Source: Octopus sinensis (Eukaryota). From it: a stretch of DNA of 64,000 nt. Numbering within the stretch: position 1 is the first letter of the stretch; every line of letters starts with the position of its first letter. A program made the translations under genes and the position numbers. Positions 11,187-24,476 of the stretch are shown piece by piece. The DNA lies in the NCBI RefSeq assembly GCF_006345805.1, contig NC_043002.1:3906001-3970000 (forward strand), written 5' to 3'. The notes under the pieces are model-generated. The model had not been told where the DNA came from and did no database searches. It saw only the letters and a program-made list of their open reading frames with translations.

Positions 11187-12003
11187 TATTATTGAAGAAT
11201 TGTGATCAAAGTTCAGAGGATAATCAAAGACCTGAAATTTACAAAAAGCAAAGTAACACTTTTGGAATACTAATTTGACTATTGTGATGGTTCCAATCAT
11301 TTATTGATTCCTGTAATTGATCAGTGATGAAATGGTTCTCTGCTGTGAAACTCTGAGTCAACCCAGTTGGCTCTTAACTTCCTTTTACAGATTTGTGGAG
11401 GTGAACAAGTGTAAAAAGGCTGTTGTTGTTGTTGTTGTTGTGGCTGCTGCTTTTTCTTTTATGTGGATTGTTCCAGGGGTCACCCAAAGATCTCAGCAAA
11501 TTGGAAACTTTACTCCAGCTTCTGCTGCCAGCTGGGAGACCCCTTAGCACATCAAACAAAATGCTTAGCAGTATTTCTTCCAGTTCTTTGCTTTTGGGGT
11601 CAAATCCATCAACATTCCCCTTTTATCTTTTCAGAGTTGATAAAATAAAATACCAGTCATACACTGGGGTTTCATGTAATTTACTAAATCCCTTCCCCAA
11701 ATGTCAGGTGTTGTGCCTATAGCAGAAAGGATTATTATTATTATTATTAATATAAAAAGGATTGAGGTAACTCCTCCTGAAGATGTAGAGTCAAACTTAA
11801 AAGAATCATGCCATTGTTATTTAGTAAACGATATTTTGACATTTTGTGTGTCTTCAACTGGTTCAAAAAATAATTGTGTCAATCAACTTCATTTTGGTTA
11901 ATATAGAAAGGATTGAGGTAATTCCTCCTGAAGAAATAGTCTAAATTAAGAGAGTCGAAATACCGTTCACTAGATAACAATGGCACTCTTTTAATTTTGA
12001 CAC

Positions 12004-12040
<37 letters not shown>

Positions 12041-12163
12041 GACATTAATATATTATTATTATTAACACTAATATATTTTTTAACAAGTTCTGAGTTTTTA
12101 CAAATGGTAAAACACTCATTAAATATCTCACTCTATTTACATTCATCGTTTTCTATTCTAACC

Positions 12164-12325
12164 CAGTGGTTCCCAACCTGTGTGGTCTGTGGACCCCAGG
12201 TGGTCCATGGACCCTGGGGGTCTGTGAACATGTTAAGCTGACAGACTTTTCAATATCCTGTGTTCTGTGGGAAAACTCATTTAAATAAAAGGGGTCCTTG
12301 GTAGGGAAAAGGTTGGGGACCACTG
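12164..12325. mobile_element. hAT-type MITE
   Basis: TIRs CAGTGGTTCCCAACCT / AGGTTGGGGACCACTG; 8-bp TSD TTCTAACC / TTCTAATC. Confidence 0.8.
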
Positions 12326-13099
12326 TTCTAATCCCTCAGAAATAGGTATTGCTTTTTTATCTGACTAAAATAGGGATCTCTTGAGGCTAGTTGTACCAAT
12401 GACTTCACTTCAAATTCAAGGCTCTGGTCTAATGTTAGAAAACCAATAATTGCAGAGGAAGTAATGATTGTTGTTGCAACAGCAGCAGTAGTAGTAGTTG
12501 TAGCAGCAGCAGCAGCAGCCGTTCAAGAATTTGGACCTGGAGATCTCCATTTCCAGCGACTTCGAGGGCCACCTCCCAGTGGTGTCAGGCATCAACGAAG
12601 AGCCCTCGACTACAACAAGGCAACCAAAGTTTTCTTTAAATTTTTTTTCCAAGGTCTGGGGTCTCCTGCCCCTAAGCCCTAGACCATCACCTAATCACCC
12701 TTACCCATCTTGTTGCTTAACAACAACAACAGCAGCAGCAGTAGTAGTACAAGTTACTGATTCAGATGCTGAGCCCCACAGAGGGGATCACAAGGGACCG
12801 AGATCTCTGGTGATTTGCTGTGCTTGAGAAGACACCTTGGGCCGAGTAAGATCACTGTCTCCCTCTCACAGCTTGGAGTGAGGGGGGGTTGTCTTGCATC
12901 CTTCTTGGGTGGCCCTGCTGGTGCCACCTAAAAGCACCCAGTTTATTCTGTGGAATGGTTGGCGTTAGGAAGAGCATCCCAGCTGTAGGGAGCATGCCGA
13001 AGCAGACAGTTGTGACCCTGGTGCAGCTCTCCAGCCTTACCAGCTCCTGTCAAACCATCCAACCTATGCCAGCAGGGAAAACAGACGTCAAATGATGAG

Positions 13100-13102
13100 G
13101 AT

Positions 13103-13136
<34 letters not shown>

Positions 13137-13345
13137 CAGTAGAAGCAGCAGCAGCAGTAGTAGTAACAGTAGTAGTAGTAGTAGTAGTAGTAGAAGCAGT
13201 AGTTGTAGCAGCAATAGTAGTAGTAGTAGTAGTAAAAGCAGCAGCAGTAGTAGTAGAAGCAGCAGTAGTAGTAGAAGCAGTAGTTGTAGCAGTAATAGTA
13301 ATAGCAGTAGTTGTAGTAGTATTAGTAGTGGTAGTAGCGGCAGTA
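13100..13345. repeat. (AGT/AGC)n compound microsatellite
   Basis: Visible triplet repeat ending about 50 nt before the SCPEP1 acceptor at 13397. Confidence 0.97.
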
Positions 13346-13397
13346 ATGGTGTTTGGCATTGTCTTCATTTGTCTCTTCTCTCTTTTTATTGTGAAAG

Positions 13398-13629
13398 TCT
13401 CTTGTAGATGAGAACGGTCGCGCTTTGGTGAACAGGTATGCGGAGAAGGTTGCAGGTTTGGTGAAGTTGGGACAGTATGCGGATGCCACGCGCATGTGGC
13501 GCGCAACCGAGAATGTTGTTGCAAATTTGACTGGAGGCGTGAACTGGTACAACATACTGCAGTGGTCACCACGAGCGACGAGGGACAGCTACCAGAACCA
13601 GGAATTTATCGATACACCACAACACATAA
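13398..13629 (+). CDS. SCPEP1: SCPEP1 exon
   Basis: ttattgtgaaAG|TCTCTTGTAGAT; SLVDENGRALVNRYAEKVAGLVKLGQYADATRMWRATENVVANLTGGVNWYNIL (cf. GVNFYNIL). The 3' end is placed at a weak GTaaaa donor chosen for phase-1 compatibility with the next exon. Confidence 0.85.
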
Positions 13630-13794
13630 GTAAAAGATGTCTTTGATGCTTTGCAATTAGAATATTTCCAAATTGTTAATGATGGTTATTGTTCATAGTG
13701 GTGGTGGTGGTGCTTGCAAATCCAAATTTGCCCATCCAGTGTGAAAGCTCTATGAAGCTTTGTTAGGAACCCCAATTTAGACAACTTGATATCT

Positions 13795-14180
13795 TTTATC
13801 TGTCATTAGACTGTGGCCATGCTGGGGCACCAGGTTGGAGAATTTTTAGTGGAATGGATCCCAGTATTTACTTTTTCCTCAAAGCATGGCACTTGTTCTG
13901 TTGGTCTCTTTTACTGAGTCACTAAATTACAAGGATGTAAACCAACCAACACCAGTTGTCAAGCAGTGGCAGAGGACAAGCACAAAAGCAGACACAGAGA
14001 AATATATATATGATGAGCGTCTTTCAGTTTCTGTCTACCAAATGCATTCATAAGATTCTGATCAACCTGAGGCTTTAGTAGAAGACACTTGCCTAAGGTT
14101 CCATGCAGTGGAACTGAACCCAGAACCATGTGGTTTGGAAGCAAGCTGCTTATCATACAACCACGACTGCACTTATGCCA
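13795..14180 (-). mobile_element. SINE family A copy
   Basis: Reverse complement of the family A body and tail (ctgtggccatgctggggcacc...gcagtggaactgaacccagaaccatgtgg). Confidence 0.75.
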
Positions 14181-15746
14181 TGCCTGTGCCTATATCGCAA
14201 CAGGATCTAAACAAGAGGGGCAAATAAATGGAGGGTGTAGTTTGACTGTATTTGACCCTTGAGCCACCCTCAATGTTCTGGGTTTGATTGCTGGACTGGT
14301 CAGCACATTGTGTTCTTGAGCAAGACACTTCACTTTACATTTGCTCCAGTTCACTCAGCTGCAAATGGGTGAACCTTGCAATGGACTGGCTTTTTTATCT
14401 GACCAGCAGGGTGAAGCATCCGAACGATGCTTAATGTGATGTGCCTTGTGACCAGCGACACACACCATCCAATAGTCTGGTCAATACTTTGATCAAGGGA
14501 TCAATTAGCTACAGCATGTGTTATATATATGTTTTATCTTTTATTAAACTTTTAATACTTTTGATATATATTTAAAATAATATAAATTAAATTAATTTTA
14601 TGTATTGGCTTATGTTTTTCACTGTTTCATTTGCCTAATAGTGGTTTTATCTCTAATTTAATATAATATGATATAATATATTTATACTATAAAATTGAAT
14701 TTAATCCTAAATCTGATTTTTCCCTGTAAGTTTGGATTTATTCCCTAATATTTTATTATTAATATATATATATATGTATATATATTAGATGTGGTTGCTG
14801 TGAAGGGATCTGCAGCCACAGCCTGGACACATCTTTGTCTCCTTGTTCTTCTGTGACCCCACCAAATATTACTCAATCCTATAAGATATATAAATGAACT
14901 CCAGTTAAATATCAGATGTGACACGTTCTGGTCATTTGGGATGAAAGTGGGTTTTAGGAAGCAGGAGTACGTTAAGGGCCATGATGCTGAGGTTTGAAGG
15001 GAGGTGGGGGTTAGACACTGCAACCCCTTGCTTTTCATTACCTGTCAGCTGAAACCTAAGGGAACATCCCTCCCCCCATTTCCATCACTGCTGACCCCAA
15101 AATCAAAAAGACCTGCAAAACAAACTCCTGCAGTTGGCGTTTATTGTATTCAAACGCAAAGACTTTTCTGGGTTCTGTGGATATCAGAAATGTTTATGGT
15201 ACTGCTTGGAATTAGCAGTAGTGTTAGAGATTCTGATTAGATACAGAGATGGTCTCAGGGCAGATTAAAGCTATTAACCTGCCCAAAAGCAAGACTTTAT
15301 TCGATTACTAAATATTGGTACCATAAATTTTTTCAAGAACTAATGTGACGGTGAAAGCTATTAATCCCTTTTGGTACCAATCTGCCTGAAACTATCCCTG
15401 GTTCTACAACACTATTTCTTGTTCTAAAGTGATTTAAATTAAAATCTTCCTTCAAAAATTTCATGTTAATCCATGTTCCAAGCAGTAACGTAATAAGGAC
15501 AAAGATATTTTGAGAAATTCTTCATTATTTTGAAAATTAATTGAAATAAAGGCAGAGTATTTCTACAGAAATATGGTTGTACAAAGGCTAAATAATATCT
15601 GTTGATATTTCTATTATTGCAAGAAATTAACTGCTAAAATAATTTGGAATTTGTTTCAAGATTAATAAAGAAGGTTCTTTATCGAAAATGGAAAACTATT
15701 TCTTTCATTCTTTCCCAATTAATGTTATTCTTATTTTGGTTTTCAG

Positions 15747-15860
15747 AGGACCTTTTCTGGACGTGGACTGGCCCCTTGCAAATCAGTAAACTCTCCAAAC
15801 TAATGAATACAGTAATTCGGAAAAAACTGGGGGTCATCCCATCCCATGTGGTTTGGGGAA
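15747..15860 (+). CDS. SCPEP1: SCPEP1 exon
   Basis: ttttcAG|AGGAC...GGAA|GTaagt, 114 nt, phase 1/1. ...KLSKLMNTVIRKKLGVIPSHVVWG (cf. LSQLMNGPIRKKLKIIP...WG). Confidence 0.93.
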
Positions 15861-16062
15861 GTAAGTTCCACATTTTTCCATTTCACAAAACTTCACACAA
15901 TTGCTTTTTTTTCTTGCAGGATTTAGAAATCTTTATAGTTAAATAGGAAGGGGTGGGGGGTAGTCATAAATTCTTTAATTGGTAGGCTGCTGCATGTGAA
16001 GACAAGAATGTCCTTAATATTTATTTCTGTTTTCGTATATTTAATTACGTGCATCATTTATA

Positions 16063-16417
16063 CAGGGTGATTCAATACATAGGAACAATTTATCTTTTTA
16101 TTAAGAAGAGTTTTTCTTTTTTACTTAACAGGCTCGATTTATGGTTACCCTTGTTTTGAATACACATTGCAATACGTTGACCCCATTCACTGCGCACTCG
16201 TAATGGCACATCTGGTGATACTTGTGCAAAGGGGTTGGTGATGCGTTCCTTCAAATGATTTATGTCTTTTATCTTTCCGCGATACACCATGCCTTTCAAA
16301 TGACCACAAAGATAGAAATCAAGAGGGGTCAGGTCAGGGAATCTGGGGGATCTTATTAACTGTTTTTATAAAAAAAATAATTTTTTTCCTATGTATGGAG
16401 ACTTTTGAATCACCCTG
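16063..16417 (-). mobile_element. Internally deleted Tc1/mariner element
   Basis: TA|CAGGGTGATTCAA...TTGAATCACCCTG|TA. Minus strand encodes PDLTPLDFYLCGHLKGMVY...LKERI, a transposase C-terminus. Confidence 0.88.
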
Positions 16418-16779
16418 TATTTATCTGTGTCATCATCATTTAATGTCCATCTCCCATGATGGCATAGGTTGGGCGATTAGAAAGGATCCCCTGGGTCCAA
16501 GGACTGCATTGTGCTCTATTGTGTGCTTTGGCATGGCTTCTATGGCTGGATACCGTTCCTAATACTAACCACTTTACAGAGTGTACCAATTGCTTTCTTA
16601 GTGAAGTGACCAGTTGGCTTATGAGACTAACCTGAAAGAAACAGCTCTATGCCAGGAGACAAGGGGTTGAAGTATGAGAGAAAGGGCCAGAGCAGAACAG
16701 GTTTCTGGCTGTAGAGGGGCCGTGTGGCTCTTCACGTTTTAGAAGATGGGAATATTGGGGTGGAACTCTCACCAGTATT

Positions 16780-17350
16780 AATGTGCTCCTAGAAACATTT
16801 AAATGGAAGACTAACAGAGAAAGTAGTAGATGTGGGAGATGTGCAGGTACTTTAAACATCATCAGGAATGCGCAAAAAATAGACTCCCTCAAATGTCAGA
16901 GGGATCCTTAGAAGTAGTAGACAGTTTCTGTTAGTTAGGGGACCAAGTTAGCAGAAGTGGAGGTTGTTCTGAAAGCAAAGCTATGAGAATAAGAATAGGT
17001 TGGGCGAAGCTGAGAGAGCTTCTAGCTATGTTAGTAATGAAGGGCCTCTCTCCCAGAGTGAAAAGCAGGTTGTATGATACCTGGATGTGGGTTACTATGA
17101 GGGGGACAGAACATCATTTGGCTGTGATGCAAAGGGCCATGGAGAGATCCATGCTAGGAAAATCATTGTGAGAGCCTATCCCATATGTGGTGAAGGGATT
17201 TCAGAATACTAAAAGCACAAGTTCCACTGAGCTTAGATATGCTGCAAGGTCCACAGACAACAGTTGGACCCCAAGTGGGAGCCAAGAAACTGGAAAAGTC
17301 ATTTAGAAACTCTCCATGATGATGGGAAGACAATTTAAGGAAATGATTTT
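16780..17350 (+). mobile_element. Decayed RTE LINE fragments (two families abutting)
   Basis: RIRIGWAKLRELL...GLSPRVKSRLYD, then LAVMQRAMERSMLG. Confidence 0.6.
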
Positions 17351-19099
17351 GATGAGGATGGAAAGGAAAGGTGCAATCAAGAAAGAATTGGAAACCTGTT
17401 TGTGTGTGGTGGTTGTTTGGCTCTGAGTCCAGCCCTTAATGAACAGACCAAATGATCAGCCCTTAACGAACAGATCAAAAATGGATTAAACCTGTTCCAG
17501 TCACAACCATCTGGTACTTTTTTTCTTTTAGTCCAATGCATTGAAGTCAGGTGCTGCTTTCTGCCTGGCTGGATCCTGTCAACCCATTCCATCCATGTCA
17601 GCATGGAAGGTGGATGTTGAACGATGATGATGATGATGTCCTGCCTTGAGTGAGATTTCTAGGAAACTTAGGTGAAGTGGGTTTGGGGTTTTTGTTGGTT
17701 GTTTCAGTGTCTTCACGTTTTGGTGCCAACAGAGCTGATTGATGCTGCCTAACCCCCAACACAACCGTCTTTGGCCTGACAAATTGGTTCCACCTTCTTG
17801 TGTTATGGTTATTACCAAAAATAATCTGATGATACCAACTTAGTAGTACCAGTTCTTCAGGCTCCAACCGATTCCATATAGAGACATCTAGTTGACTACC
17901 ATGGCTTGCAGAGACACTGAATTATTGAGAATATTTCATTGCCATCTCATGTTGAGCCTCCGGTTGTTAACATTCATTCATTCAACGACGACAATATGCA
18001 AGGGGCAGGGTACATTTTTAGTCCAATACGGGGTACTTTATCAACTAACACTTCCTCGTTAAAAGTTTGGTTTTTTCCTTTCATGAATGACATCTTATGG
18101 TACCATATAGTGAGGAACATTGTCAATTAATGTGGCTGTGAAATGGGTGTCATGGGGAGGTGTCAATAATTGTCACATGTAGCATTTTGTTGGCTTAAAA
18201 TGATTGCAATGTTCAAAACCTCTCGTGAATGAAAACCTACCCACAAGGAAAAATCTTTCTATTACATTGCATAGATAAGCTTCTGTAGACTGATTTTTTT
18301 TTTTGTCAATCTAGTAGCACAATATATTACTGTTTGACTGGTCCTTTGCCAGTGGCACATAAAAAGCACCATTTGAGCGTGATCGTTGCCAGTGCTGCCT
18401 GACTGGCTCCCATGCCGGTGGCATGTAAAAAGCACCATCCAAGCGTGGTCAATGCAGGTACTGCCTGAGTGGCCCTGTGCCAGTGGCACGTAAAAAGCAC
18501 CTACTACACTCTCGGAGTGGTTGGCATTAGGAAGGGCATCCAGCTGTAGAAACCTTCTGGCTTGCCAGCCCTCACTCAAACCGTCCAACCTATGCCAGCA
18601 TGGAAAGCGGGCGTTAAACGATGATTATGATGATTGTTGTGTCTGGGGAGAGTCATTCTCTTTTAGTGCCTTATTATTTAACACACTCACTGGTAAAGTT
18701 TCCACTCATTTACTTATTTATAATAAATAAATAAATAAATGGAATCTGAACCAGTGAGTGTGTTAAATAATAAGGCACTAAAAGAGAATGTCTCTCCCCA
18801 GATACAACAAAATATGCTTCAACACACGAACTCACACAAAGAATCTTGCAAACCAAATCCAAAAACGAAATACACAACACACACACATAAACCAAAGACA
18901 GGGTGAGATAGTAAGATAATTGGAAAAGAAATAACATGAAGAATTATTCAGCAAGTAAATTTTTATCAGAAACAACCTGAGTGGTGAAGAAACAAAAAGA
19001 CCCTAATTTCATTATTCTTATCAGGAGAATGTCATGAGAATGACTTTGGAATACACAGCTTGAGGAGGACTAACTCATCATTCACCACCACCACCACCA

Positions 19100-20130
19100 C
19101 TCCTAACTTGGTTGCCCAGGTAGCAGAAGTTATCTACTACTTCTAAGGCTCCCTCCCCACCACCACCCTGGGCATTTCAGGGAGTCTGTTGTCTGTGCAT
19201 TTTTGGTGTTTATTGTACCTGCACATTTGCCACTCACAACGACTATTTTCTCTGTTAATCTTCCTGTGATTCTACTTATACCTCTTGTGTGTCCAAAGCT
19301 TACACTGGGTACAGCATATGGACTTTCTACCAACACCCTTCTTACATAATCGAGTGGGGGGGGGCCATCTCCCTGAAGGGACTTCTCATTTGTGTTTTCC
19401 TACTGTCCAGGACTTTGGTCTTTGCTAAATAAAACCATAAAGATTTTAGATTCCAGGCCTTCCTTCCACACCTGAAATTTCTTCTCTAGGTCAGGTAGTG
19501 GGGATTCAGTGTAGAGAAGCTCCCAGGGGCAGCCAGTTTTGAATTCTTTTATGGCCTGGAGGACAATGATAAACAAGAGGGAGCTGAGAAGTGAGCCTTG
19601 CTGAACACCTGCCTGTGCACTGAATTCATTGCCGACCTTCACCTTACTGGCAGCATCCCTGCACATGGCTTGTGCCACTCTCACTAACCATACATCTAGC
19701 CCTAGCTTCTGCATTGACCACCAGATAAGGGAGCCGGGGACCCTGTCAAAGGCTTTCTCCACGTCAACAAAAGCCAAGTACAGAGGTCTATTTTTGGCTA
19801 AATACTTCTGCAGTTGTCTAACCAGGAACACAGCATCAGTTGTGCTTCTCCCAGGCACAAAACCAAACTGCATCTCATTTATACTATCTTTCATCCTAAT
19901 TAATTGAACTGTTACTCTGTCTGTGACTTTCATTACCTGGTCCAGCAATTTGATACCTCTGTAATTATTCCTGTCTACGGTGTCACCTTTGCCTTTGTAG
20001 CAGTTGACTATAATGCTGCTCCACCAGTCGTTGGGTATGACTCCCTCAGCGACAACCTCATAAACTATACAGGTGACTAAACCACATCCCATTCTGCCAA
20101 ATATTTTAAGCATCTTGGGGCGGGGTGATT
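19100..20130 (-). mobile_element. Decayed RTE LINE RT fragment (same family as 675-2800)
   Basis: ORF 19400-20113: VIPNDWWSSIIVNCYKGKGD...QFGFVPGRSTTDAVF...GVQQGSLLS. Confidence 0.88.
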
Positions 20131-20756
20131 CCTGATGGGCTGTGGACTTTCCCAGTCTTCATATTCTTAATTGCTTTATTTATTAAGCTACTGTCAATTC
20201 GGATAGCTGGTCCCTCAGTTGGCTCTGCATTGGGCAGACTCACCTTCTCCCCTGTGTTTTCTACATTTAGAAGCCTTCTATTCTATCACACATTCTGACT
20301 ACCTTGATTGCTTTATGAACCCATTTCTCAGCAACAAGTATGTCTACACCACCAATCCCATCACTGTTACCTACCCAGAAGATTCTATACCTATGCTCGT
20401 TGCCTGAGGATCCCGACAGAAACTCCTCTCCAACATATATAATATATATATCTATACATCATCATCATCATCATTGTTTAACGTCCGTTTTCCATGCTGG
20501 CATGGGTTGGATGGGTTAAGTGAGGTCTGGAGAGCCAGCAGCTGCACCAGGCTCCAATCTGATCTGGCAGAGTTTCTACAGCTGGATGCCCTTCCTAACG
20601 CCAACCACTCCAAGAGTGTAGTGGGTGCTTTTTACGTGCCACCGACACGGGAGCCAGTCAGGAGGTACTGGCATTGATCACATTTGAATGGTGCTTTTTA
20701 TGTGCCACCAGCACAAGAGCCAGTCAGCGGGTACTGGCATCACTGATGCTATATAG

Positions 20757-22215
20757 AAGCACCACTGATGCTATATATTTCTGGTAAGGCAGCTGGAAGA
20801 GAAATACACAGCCAGAGATAAACCTCTGTACTTGGCTGTTGTTGATTTGGAGAAAGCCTTTGACAGGGTTCTCCTATCCCTTATTTGATAGTCAATGTGG
20901 AAACTAGGGATAGACAAGCGGTGGGTGAAAACTGTACAGGCCATGTACAGGGATGCTATCAGTAAGGTGAGGATTGGCAACCAGTACAGCGAAGAATTAG
21001 AGAAGTTTCAGGTATGGAAGCAAGGTCTATAATCGGAGAGCCTTTAGAATTAACCTAGTAAAACCCAAAGTCTTAGTAAGTAGGAGACCAGACAAATTAC
21101 AAATCCCTTCAGGTAGATGGCCCTGCTTGATCTGTAGAAAAGGCATAGGGAGAAACTCCATAGGATGCACCTAGTGTAAGCTATGGACACATAAGAGGTG
21201 CAGCAATATCAGAGGAAGGTTAATAGGGAAAATAGGTCTTTGTGTGTGGCAAATGTACAGATACAATAAATGCTGAAAATGTACAGAAAATAGACTCCAT
21301 CAAATGCCATGGGGGTAAGCTAGAGGTGGTAGATAGCTTCTGTTATGTAGGTGACCAAGTTAATAGCAGAGGTGGAGGCTCCGAGAGTGTAGCTATAAGA
21401 ATAAGATTTGGCTGGGCCAAGTTCAGGGAGCTCCTACCGCTGCTGGTAATGAATGGTTTCTCCCTTAGAGTGAAAGGCAGATTGTATGATGCCTGTGAGT
21501 GAACAGCTATGCTACATGGCAGTGAAACATGGGCTGTGACAGCTGAGGACATGCGTAGGCTTGAAAGAAATGAAACCAGTTTGCTTTGCTGGATGTACAA
21601 TGTCAGTGTGCATGTACGAGTGTAAGCATCTTGAGAGAAAAGTTGGACATGAGGCATCAGATGTGGTGTGCAAAAGAGACAACTGCATTGGTATGGTCAT
21701 GTGATGTGTATGGATGAGGACAGCTGTGTGAAGAAGTGCCGATCTCTGGAGGGAACCTATGAAAGAGGTAGACCCAGGAAGACATGAGATAAGGTGGTGA
21801 AGCATGATCTTTGAACTTTGGGCCTCGCAGAGGAAATGATTGGTGACCAAAACTTTTGGCAATATGCTGTGCTTGAGTAGAAGACCCATCAAGCCAAGTG
21901 AAATCATAGTTGTGGCTGATGCTGGGGTCACGTAACTGGTACATGAAAAGTAACTTTCGAGCATTGGGCCTCACAGAGACAAAGTGGCTGTTGCCGGTGG
22001 CACATGAAAAAACCCTTTGGAGTGTTGGGCCTCATGGCGGCAATGACGAATGCTCGAGACCTTGGCATTATGTCGTGCCTAAGAAGACCCATCAAGCCAA
22101 GTAAAATCGCAGTCACAGCAGCAAATGTCACCCGTGTTGGTGGCACATAAAAGTACCTATTACACTCTCAGAATGGTTGGCTTTAGGGAGGGCATCCAGC
22201 CATAGAAACCATGTC
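20757..22215 (+). mobile_element. Decayed 5'-truncated RTE LINE with internal deletion and 3' UTR
   Basis: Homologous to 900-2700 with stops and frameshifts; about 165-nt deletion at about 20998. Confidence 0.85.
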
Positions 22216-23814
22216 CTTAAACCCCTGTTCCTTTGTATCATTACTACCCAGTAGCCCCTCCAACTGTATATATACCCAGGTCTTTTGCCCCTTACTCACA
22301 CTCCCTTCACAATATCCTGCCACTTATGGCATTTGAACCTCAAGGGTATGTCTTGGCACTATCCGCCATCCATATCTCTCTCTCTCTCTTCCGTTACTCA
22401 ACCACCTCATTTATATTCTGATCCCTGTTCCTTGTGAGTATGCCCGGCACTTTGCCACCCTCTCTATCCTGCTCTCTCTTCTTCCCTCGGGTTGGGCAAC
22501 CATGTATTTTCTTTGCGGCAGCACACCTGTTTCTGTCTTCATTCCTGATCTCTCTCTCTCTCCCCAGCCGGAAACCTTGTACTTCCTCTACAGCAAGACA
22601 CCTGTATCTGTCTCACTATAACCTTTCATCATCTGATACAAGATCACCTCCTCCAATGCCCCCTCCCCTCTCGAAAGAGTTTTCTTCTTGTCATGCAAGT
22701 ACTTGGTGACCCTGTCAGTGTAGGTGTCACTTAAAAGCCCCCAGTCCACACTATATAGTGGTTGGTGTTCGGAAGGGCATCCAACTGTAAAAACCTTGCC
22801 AAAACTGACCTCACCTGTGCTTGTGCCACATAAAAATCACTAAGTTCACTCTGCTGGATGGGTGGTGTTAAGAAGGTCATCCAGCCGTAAAAAATCCTGC
22901 CAAAAACGTCACAGGTGCAGGCTTTTGCCTGGCTGGCTCTTATGAAACTTTCTCGCCCATGCTAGCATGGAAGGCGGATGTTAAACAATAATGATGATGA
23001 TATATATAACATGTATTTATTTATAAATAAACACATAAAAAATTTCTTTTCATAATGAGATAAAAAAAACCCAAGGCTGTGTTTCTTATTGAACATTTTC
23101 GTATTTTTGGAAGTTTTTCCCAGAATCTAAGATGTGAACTTAATACATATCATACACATTTATCTATATACATATCACATACTTATGTACATCCATTCTA
23201 TTTTATTCTCTGAAAAAGAAATCCACCCGAAAATCACTCTCTACATATCTGAGGACATTTAGTTTTTCATTTCTACACTCATTCACACTTTTATCATCGT
23301 ATAAATTTGCATATTCGTAGAAATTTACAAATCAATGTTTCAAAATAAATTGTTCCTGTGATTCACATCTGTTCGTTAAAATAAGAATATCAAAATAGGT
23401 GTCAACACATATCTACGGAAACAAAGGATTGTGAGAGAGTTGGGGTAGGGGGTGGCAGATGTTTTTCTAACAAGGAAAGAATTTATGCATGACATGGTGG
23501 TGGTGGTGGTGGTGTGTGTGTGTGGTGGGGTAGAGCAGTGGTTTTTGTGTCAGTGAGACAAACTAGTACAAAATTATGTCACAATTGATGTGAAAATAGC
23601 ATTTGAACTTAACGACCAAACATTTAACTTAAGCCTTTTATCTTCACTCTGCTGATATTATTATCAAGGTGGTGGGCTCGTGGAATTGTTGGCACGCCAG
23701 GTAAAAGTGCTTAGCAGCATTTTGTCAGTCTTTATGTTCTGAGTTCAATCTTGCCTTTTGTTCTTTCAAAGTTAGTTAGTTAGTTAATTTTTTGGCTCAA
23801 AAAGCAAAAAGCAA

Positions 23815-24075
23815 GGCCATGTAGGGGGACATGGAGTTAAGTACAGGGTGGTGTTCATGTAAAGAGTTCAGGCCACTTGAGGTCAAGGGAGACTTTGAAC
23901 CGAGCGGTCGTCAGCATCTTCACCATCTCGTCTGGCAGCTTATTCCATGGGTCCGCAACCCGGACGGAGAAAGCCCTGCTCCTTCGATTGAGATGAAATC
24001 GTCGCAGATAGAGCTTTTTGGAATGACCCCGCAGCCGACGCTCTGGAGCAGGAGTGAAGAACAGCTCTTTCGAGA
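23815..24075 (-). mobile_element. CR1-clade LINE 3' fragment
   Basis: RLRGHSKKLYLRRFHLNRRSRAFSVRVADPWNKLP, the typical CR1 ORF2 C-terminal motif. Confidence 0.75.
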
Positions 24076-24244
24076 GGTTACTCAAGTTGATGTTAATCAA
24101 TTTATGCCCTGAACTTGCTGGCCTTGTGCCAAAATTTGAAACCATTATTATTATTATTATTATGACTCCCACGTTCTTTGTTTTGTCCTGTTGATATTAT
24201 TTTTCTTAAAGTAAACCCTTGTTGTTAATAAAGAAATCATTATT

Positions 24245-24430
24245 ATTATAGATGTCGCACAATATACAATGTTGTCAGGTTGTTGATTGAAGATATTGCA
24301 ATACATCTAGATTGGAGGGTATTTCTAAGGTTTCCAAATGTTTTTTTCTTCAGACTGGGTGGTATTGAACCCAGTGCTCTGATGACAATAGGGATAACCT
24401 TTCTGTTCGACTCTCGTACCAGCCACATCT
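24245..24430 (-). mobile_element. Possible 3' fragment of an RLE-endonuclease LINE (R4/Dong/NeSL-like)
   Basis: KVIPIVIRALGSIPPSL resembles the VxPIVIGALG C-terminal motif; short and degenerate. Confidence 0.4.
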
Positions 24431-24476
24431 TAGCAATCTCAATTCTCAGCTCTCCATATTTATCAACTTTTTATTT

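Noticed and set aside
6480-11278. Very long ORFs (up to 1363 aa) on + and many short ones on -
   Set aside because: A consequence of a stop-free 19-bp unit: all three frames give the same periodic peptide. They lie in a SCPEP1 intron with no start or splice support.
12943-13572. 209-aa Thr-rich minus-strand ORF
   Set aside because: Translation of the (AGT/AGC)n microsatellite plus antisense of a SCPEP1 exon.
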